From a virus (Duplodnaviria; Caudoviricetes), in the IMG/VR virus record IMGVR_UViG_3300042465_002836, positions 1 through 58,220 of that record: 58,220 bases of DNA. The stretch is one strand, 5' to 3'. Below the pieces are notes generated by a model, which saw only the letters and a list, made by a program, of their open reading frames with translations, was not told the origin of the DNA and made no database searches. A program made the translations under genes and the position numbers. Positions 53,450-58,220 of the stretch are shown here, in pieces (position 1 is the first letter of the stretch; every line of letters begins with the position of its first letter).

Positions 53450-55039
53450 ATGTCTGAAGCAGCTAAGGCCGCTCGAGCGGCAAACAAGGCAAAGGCCAAG
53501 CGCCTCACTGCCGGTGATCCCAGGGCCAAGGTTGACGCCTCGTCGTACACCCCGCCTGAGATGATGAACACTGAGGCCAAGACCGGCCTGCGCCCCGTAT
53601 CTCGCCGCGCCTACAAGAGCGGCGGCAAGGTCCATGGCGAGATGGCCGTGAAGCACGCTGGTCGCAAGCCCCGCAAGTCTGGCGGCGCGACTGAGATTGC
53701 CAACGCCAAGGTCAACCGCAACGTGAAGGAAGCCAACGCTGAGAAGTTTGGCAAGCCCCACACGGGTGGTTATGCCATGGGCGGCTATGCCAAGGGCGGT
53801 CGGTCGGCCAAAGCGGGCGGTGGTGGCTCTGAGAAGGGGCCAGTGCGGCGCGTTAATCTGAAGGGGCCTGGAAGCCCCTACATGGAGATGCACTATCACC
53901 CTGAGAGCGATGACCCTGATGGCCGTTACGAAGTGAAAGTCTTCAAGAACGGGCAGGAAATCAAACACCCCTTGTCAGGCAGGGCTGACAATGGCCAAGC
54001 CCATAACATTCTTGACAATTATGCCGGGCAGTCTTTGCACTATGACCCCTACGGCGATAATGAAGACGAGTATGATCACGACCCCGTGGCGCAGCGCGAG
54101 CGTGGCTCAAGCTACGAAGGCATGAAGAAGGGCGGTCGCGCCAAGAAGATGGACGGCGGCCCCATGGGTGACCCCCGTGCCGCTGCCGCTGCCCAGATGG
54201 CTGATGCCGCCACCCAAGCTGGCGTACCGGCAGGCCGGATGTCTTTCACTGATCGCGCTGGCAGCCCCCTTCCCAACTCTGGGATGAAGAAGGGCGGCAA
54301 GATCAAGAACTTTGAAGGCTCCCCCAAGGACGAGATGCAGGACAAGAAGCTCGCCAAGAAGCGCGGCATGTCTATGCAGGAGTGGGAGGCTTCTGAGGCC
54401 GATGAAAAGCACGACAAGCAGCAGAGCATGGCTGGCCTCAAGAAGGGCGGTCGGACTGGTCGAGCCACTGGTGGCCGCGCTGCCAAGTCTACCGGCGGCG
54501 ATATCCTCAAGGCCCTCTCGCCCATCTCCATGCTGATGAACAAGGGCGGCAAGGCTGGCAGCGGCAACTACACGGGCGGCACGCGCCCAACTGGTGGCCG
54601 GATTGCCAAGGCTGGCGGCGGCCTTCTCAGCAGCCTTATGGGCGGCTCCAAGGCTTCAAGCTCCAGCAGCAAGTCCAAGGGCAAGAAGAAGGGCACCAAC
54701 ATCAATATCGTGATCAACGCCGGCAAGTCCGGGGATCAGGGTATGCCCACCGCGCCCCCGATCCTTCCCGCGCCCCCGATGCTCCCCCCGACCTTGGCTG
54801 GCGCAATGCCCGGCGGCGGCGCGCCCATGGGGATGCCTATGCCTGACGCGCCCGACATGTCCGCAATGGGCGCTCCCGGCGGCGGTATGCCTAACGGTAT
54901 GCCTGGCCTCCCTGGTCGCAAGGCTGGCGGTCGCGTCGGTCACCGCAGCTATTCGTCCTACAAGGACATGGATGCGGGTTCTGGCGGTGGTTTGGGCCGT
55001 CTGGAAAAGACGGAAATTGCCAAGAAGAAGTACAAGTAA
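53450..55039 (+). CDS. Disordered basic GG-repeat protein
   Basis: About 15 xxxGG motifs (YKSGG, YAKGG, MKKGG twice, LKKGG, RATGG, RKAGG and others). Confidence 0.75.
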   Translation: MSEAAKAARAANKAKAKRLTAGDPRAKVDASSYTPPEMMNTEAKTGLRPVSRRAYKSGGKVHGEMAVKHAGRKPRKSGGATEIANAKVNRNVKEANAEKFGKPHTGGYAMGGYAKGGRSAKAGGGGSEKGPVRRVNLKGPGSPYMEMHYHPESDDPDGRYEVKVFKNGQEIKHPLSGRADNGQAHNILDNYAGQSLHYDPYGDNEDEYDHDPVAQRERGSSYEGMKKGGRAKKMDGGPMGDPRAAAAAQMADAATQAGVPAGRMSFTDRAGSPLPNSGMKKGGKIKNFEGSPKDEMQDKKLAKKRGMSMQEWEASEADEKHDKQQSMAGLKKGGRTGRATGGRAAKSTGGDILKALSPISMLMNKGGKAGSGNYTGGTRPTGGRIAKAGGGLLSSLMGGSKASSSSSKSKGKKKGTNINIVINAGKSGDQGMPTAPPILPAPPMLPPTLAGAMPGGGAPMGMPMPDAPDMSAMGAPGGGMPNGMPGLPGRKAGGRVGHRSYSSYKDMDAGSGGGLGRLEKTEIAKKKYK

Positions 55040-55040
55040 T

Positions 55041-55124
55041 CGTTAGCCCTGTCCCCTAGTGGCTAACGCGAGGGGCAGAGGGTAGATGGCTTGCCTCCCC
55101 GTCTATTCTTTGCCCCTCACTTTT
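55041..55124 (+). ncRNA. Candidate two-hairpin structured RNA/terminator with C-rich loops
   Basis: 8-bp perfect stem, then a 20-bp stem with 4 G-U pairs and loop CUUGCCUCC, then TTTT. Confidence 0.45.
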
Positions 55125-55139
55125 ATAATAGGAAATTAC

Positions 55140-55343
55140 ATGATCTCCCAAGCAGCCCAACTTGAAATTGAACTCCTGCGCGTCATTGACCGGGAGATTA
55201 ACCGCCTAAAAGACCAACTTGCCTTGAATAATTTCGAGGATATTGGTCCTTTTAAGTACATCATGGGGCAAATTGCCGCCCTCAAGAACATGGAGGATCT
55301 AATAGAGGAAGCAAAAGAGCACAGTTCACAACGAAACCGTTAA
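55140..55343 (+). CDS. Small helical head-module protein
   Basis: 67 aa, FKYIMGQI.AL. Confidence 0.6.
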   Translation: MISQAAQLEIELLRVIDREINRLKDQLALNNFEDIGPFKYIMGQIAALKNMEDLIEEAKEHSSQRNR

Positions 55344-55366
55344 GATATCCCTGAAAGGTGACAAGA

Positions 55367-55759
55367 ATGCCGTTTATGACGATGAGCCATGATGAAGATC
55401 CCCGCGAAAAGCTTATGAAGGAGCTTGGGGACTTGAGTTCAGTTGAAGTTTTCAACACCCAGATCCTTGTGGCTGTGTATATCCGGCCCCAGAAGACCAA
55501 GAGCGGCATCTATCTGACAGATAAGACCACTGAAGAAGACCGCTATCAGTCAAAAGTTGGTTTGGTTCTGAAGAAAGGCCCCTCGGCCTTTGTTGATGAC
55601 AACAACCAGTGGTTCCAGAACGTGTCTGTGGACATTGGAGACTGGATTGTTCACCGCCCAAGCGACGGATGGAGCATCACAATCAATGGTGTGCTGTGCC
55701 GTATGCTTGAAGACACGTCAATCAAGGGCAAGATCGACGGCCCTGATCGCGTTTGGTAA
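55367..55759 (+). CDS. groES: GroES/Cpn10-like co-chaperonin
   Basis: ILV......KTKSGIYL, G.VLK.GP.AF, IGDWI, R.L.D..I.G. Confidence 0.8.
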   Translation: MPFMTMSHDEDPREKLMKELGDLSSVEVFNTQILVAVYIRPQKTKSGIYLTDKTTEEDRYQSKVGLVLKKGPSAFVDDNNQWFQNVSVDIGDWIVHRPSDGWSITINGVLCRMLEDTSIKGKIDGPDRVW

Positions 55760-55770
55760 GGAGATTTGAC

Positions 55771-56655
55771 ATGAGCACGGACAATAACCCTGAAGTTGAT
55801 TTTGATGCCGTTGATAAGCTGGTCGAGGGCGGCAAAGAAACTGAGGCAGAACGCCACGATGAAGCGGTTGAGGCTGAAAACCCCGCAGACGCCTTGGTAG
55901 AATTCAAGCGCAAGTATGAGAACGAGCGCGCAGCCCGGGTGGACGCCGAACGTCGAGCCCAGGCGGCCGCTGAACACTACCACCGCGCCTCCAATGAGGT
56001 TGATGACACCAACTTGAGGCTGGTTGAGAGCGCGATCCACACGGTTCAGACCGACAGCAACATCCTGAAGGCCCGTTATCGGGACGCCATGGCTGCGGGA
56101 GACTACGATCACGCCGCCGAGGTGCAGGAAGCCATGTCGCACAATGCGGCAAAGCTCCTCCAGCTTCAGAACGGCAAGCAGGCCATGGAGAGCAAGCCTC
56201 GCCAGGCCCCTCCAGCCCCGGCATATGTTGACCCCGTTGAGGCATTTGCCAGCCAACTGACCCCCCAGTCAGCCGCCTGGGTGCGCCGTCACCCTGAATT
56301 CGTCACTGACGCCCGCCTAAACCAGAAGATGATCGCCGCGCACAACCTGGCGGTCGCTGATGGCATTGATCCTGACACCCCGGACTACTTTGGGTACGTC
56401 GAGAACATCCTCCAGGTGCGCCCAACCAATGAAGAGGCGGTTCGTGCGCCCCTTTCATCGGCCTCTGCCCCCGCCCAGCGTCGAGCATCCCCGCCAGCAG
56501 CCCCTGTAAGCCGTTCTCCAGGCGGCACACGCGCTGGAACGGCCAATCTGTCGGCAGAAGAGCGTGAGATGGCGGCCATGATGGGCATGGACGAGGACAA
56601 GTACGCCAAACACAAGGCTGATCTCATCAAAGAAGGCAAGATTGCCCGTCGATAA
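55771..56655 (+). CDS. Putative capsid scaffolding protein
   Basis: Acidic N-term, coiled coil, W...HPEF, C-term LS.EER.MA..MG....YAK. Confidence 0.7.
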   Translation: MSTDNNPEVDFDAVDKLVEGGKETEAERHDEAVEAENPADALVEFKRKYENERAARVDAERRAQAAAEHYHRASNEVDDTNLRLVESAIHTVQTDSNILKARYRDAMAAGDYDHAAEVQEAMSHNAAKLLQLQNGKQAMESKPRQAPPAPAYVDPVEAFASQLTPQSAAWVRRHPEFVTDARLNQKMIAAHNLAVADGIDPDTPDYFGYVENILQVRPTNEEAVRAPLSSASAPAQRRASPPAAPVSRSPGGTRAGTANLSAEEREMAAMMGMDEDKYAKHKADLIKEGKIARR

Positions 56656-56666
56656 GGAGAAGTAAG

Positions 56667-57272
56667 ATGGAAATGACAGCACCACGCCGCCGAGGCCGTC
56701 CTCGCAAGAACCCTGATGAGGCAATCGCCCAAGAAGCCCCCGTCCAGGCCGCTCCGGTCGCTCCCGCGCCTGCTCGCCCGCCTATTCGGCCCAATATGCG
56801 GGAAGAAGATCCCCGGGCGGCGGCAGAACTGCGTGCCCAAGAGATTATGGGCAATATTCAGCAGATTAACGGCACCCAGGACGAATTCTTCTTTGATCCT
56901 AATTCCGTTCCTGACGGCTGGACCTATGAATGGAAGCGCAGGCTCCTGCTCAACCAAGAAGACCCCTCTTATGCCACCCAGCTTGAACAGGTTGGTTGGC
57001 AGCCTGTCCCGGCATCCCGGCATCCGTACATGATGCCCATTGGCGGCAAGTACACCGCCATTGAGCGCAAGGGCATGATGCTGATGGAGCGGCCCCAGGT
57101 GATTACTGACCGCTTTATTGAAACAGACAGACAGCGCGCCCGTGATCAGGTCCGGGTTAAGGAGCAGCAGCTTTCAGCCGCCCCTGATGGACAGTTCACC
57201 CGCGACCACAGTCAGGTTAAGCCTAAGATCAGCAAAGGGTACGAGCCCATGCCTATCCCCAACGACAAGTAA
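56667..57272 (+). CDS. Head-module protein
   Basis: P.GW.YEWKR, GWQPV, G..LM.RP. Confidence 0.65.
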   Translation: MEMTAPRRRGRPRKNPDEAIAQEAPVQAAPVAPAPARPPIRPNMREEDPRAAAELRAQEIMGNIQQINGTQDEFFFDPNSVPDGWTYEWKRRLLLNQEDPSYATQLEQVGWQPVPASRHPYMMPIGGKYTAIERKGMMLMERPQVITDRFIETDRQRARDQVRVKEQQLSAAPDGQFTRDHSQVKPKISKGYEPMPIPNDK

Positions 57273-57282
57273 TTGTCACTTG

Positions 57283-57319
57283 GATGGGGCCGTCTCATTA
57301 ATTTGGGCGGCCCCATTTT
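57283..57319 (+). terminator. Intrinsic terminator
   Basis: atggggccgtct/gggcggccccat stem followed by tttt. Confidence 0.75.
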
Positions 57320-57332
57320 CATCAAATAGCTA

Positions 57333-57462
57333 TTGCGCGTTAATTCGTCCCGTGTATCCTTGATTAACTTCTCCCCGGTGCGAGAAGTAAACCAATCCTT
57401 AGCGATCTAGTCGCCCCGGCGTGCGATGATGGCGCTTCCTCGCAATAGAGGAGGAAACCGTC
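57333..57462 (+). promoter_or_regulatory. Promoter and structured 5' leader of the decoration/capsid operon
   Basis: TTGCGC-N16-TATCCT; three hairpins, the last sequestering GAGGAGG. Confidence 0.55.
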
Positions 57463-58095
57463 GTGGCAAATACAAACGCGCCCTTCGGATTTTTGCAGTA
57501 TCAGGGCGGGGCTGGTGGCGCTCCCACGTTCGCCCAGTCCGCCCGTCGAATTGCTTCTGGCAATACGACCGCGATCTTTACCGGCGACCCGGTAATGCCC
57601 CAGCTTTCCACCCCCGATGGCTACATTACGCGGGCGGCTGCTGGCACAACGACCCTCGCGGGTATCTTTGTGGGCTGCCAGTACCTGTCCACCAGCCAGA
57701 AGCGCACCGTTTGGTCGCGTTATTGGCCTGGCTCTGACGCCACGGGTGACGTTATCGCCTATGTGATCGACGATCCGAACTCTCGGTTCCTTGTTCAGAC
57801 GAGCGGTGCGGCGTTCTGGAACGCCAGCGCGACGGCAACGACCATTGCAGCATTGCCCATCGGCCAATACGCCCAGTTCACCATTGGCACAGGCGACACC
57901 GCCACGGGCAATTCGGCGGCGTTCCTATCGTCTGTGGGCACCACCGTAACCTTCCCGTTCATCATTGTTGACTACGTCTATTTCCCCCCTGGGGCAAATG
58001 GCACTGACCAAGCGTCGGATTATCCGTACGTTATCGTCGGCTTCAACAATGAAATCTTCCGCTCGAACGGGGCCGGCCCGACCGGCATCAGCTAA
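57463..58095 (+). CDS. Capsid decoration/cement-like protein
   Basis: MAN..APFGF, IFTGDPV, GIFVGC.Y, YV.DDP...F.VQ; GTG start; directly upstream of the capsid gene across the junction. Confidence 0.7.
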   Translation: MANTNAPFGFLQYQGGAGGAPTFAQSARRIASGNTTAIFTGDPVMPQLSTPDGYITRAAAGTTTLAGIFVGCQYLSTSQKRTVWSRYWPGSDATGDVIAYVIDDPNSRFLVQTSGAAFWNASATATTIAALPIGQYAQFTIGTGDTATGNSAAFLSSVGTTVTFPFIIVDYVYFPPGANGTDQASDYPYVIVGFNNEIFRSNGAGPTGIS

Positions 58096-58220
58096 GGGGA
58101 GTAGAGGACCATGGCTGTCAATCTTTCTGCCATTAAGGATCTTCTCCTGCCCGGCCTTCGCGGTGTCGAAGGCAAGTACGAGATGATCCCGTCACAGTAC
58201 GACAAGATCTTCACCAAGCA
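58094..58220. repeat. Terminal direct repeat copy (identical to 1-127)
   Basis: Exact match to the window start. Confidence 0.95.

Noticed and set aside
53450-55039. GG motifs as bacteriocin/RiPP double-glycine leaders
   Set aside because: There is no C39 peptidase-ABC transporter or modifying enzyme, no ELSxxEL leader pattern, and the context is virion assembly
58094-58220. 127-bp terminal repeat as a biological DTR
   Set aside because: It cuts through the capsid gene start and equals a common assembler k-mer length, so it indicates circularity rather than physical genome ends

Overview
This window is a complete circular tailed-phage genome of about 58,093 bp. Bases 1-127 repeat exactly at 58094-58220, which looks like an assembly overlap. 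The architecture is short-tailed (podovirus-like), and the host is probably an alphaproteobacterium, judged from a GapR/DUF2312 homologue. The + strand virion block wraps across the junction (45218-58095, then 18-25053). It contains the portal, a 1959-aa polyvalent protein, GG-repeat proteins, GroES, scaffold, decoration protein, major capsid, adaptors, tail fibres, a holin/GH108 lysis cassette, nozzle, GNAT and ejection proteins. Bases 25050-37330 hold early, recombination and replication genes (ERF, YqaJ, SSB-like, GapR, a DUF1376 initiator with an iteron origin, RuvC-like) arranged around three divergent promoters. Bases 37358-45121 hold TerS, a C5 methyltransferase, TerL, dCMP deaminase, ThyX, a PAPS-reductase-like gene and tRNA-Gln. 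I recognised no integrase, DNA polymerase or prohead protease. The most striking signal is a [Y/F/M/K/R]-x-x-G-G motif occurring about 40 times in six virion-block proteins. It sits at the boundaries of otherwise unrelated modules and directly behind two self-cleaving S74 domains, suggesting a polyprotein-processing or capsid-loading code. Other highlights are Acr/Aca-like early operons with mirrored promoter-operator units, an out-of-frame gene inside the methyltransferase, a PAPS-reductase cassette flanked by a duplicated thyX 3' end, and two structured-RNA candidates. All family assignments come from motif recognition by eye; no searches were run.
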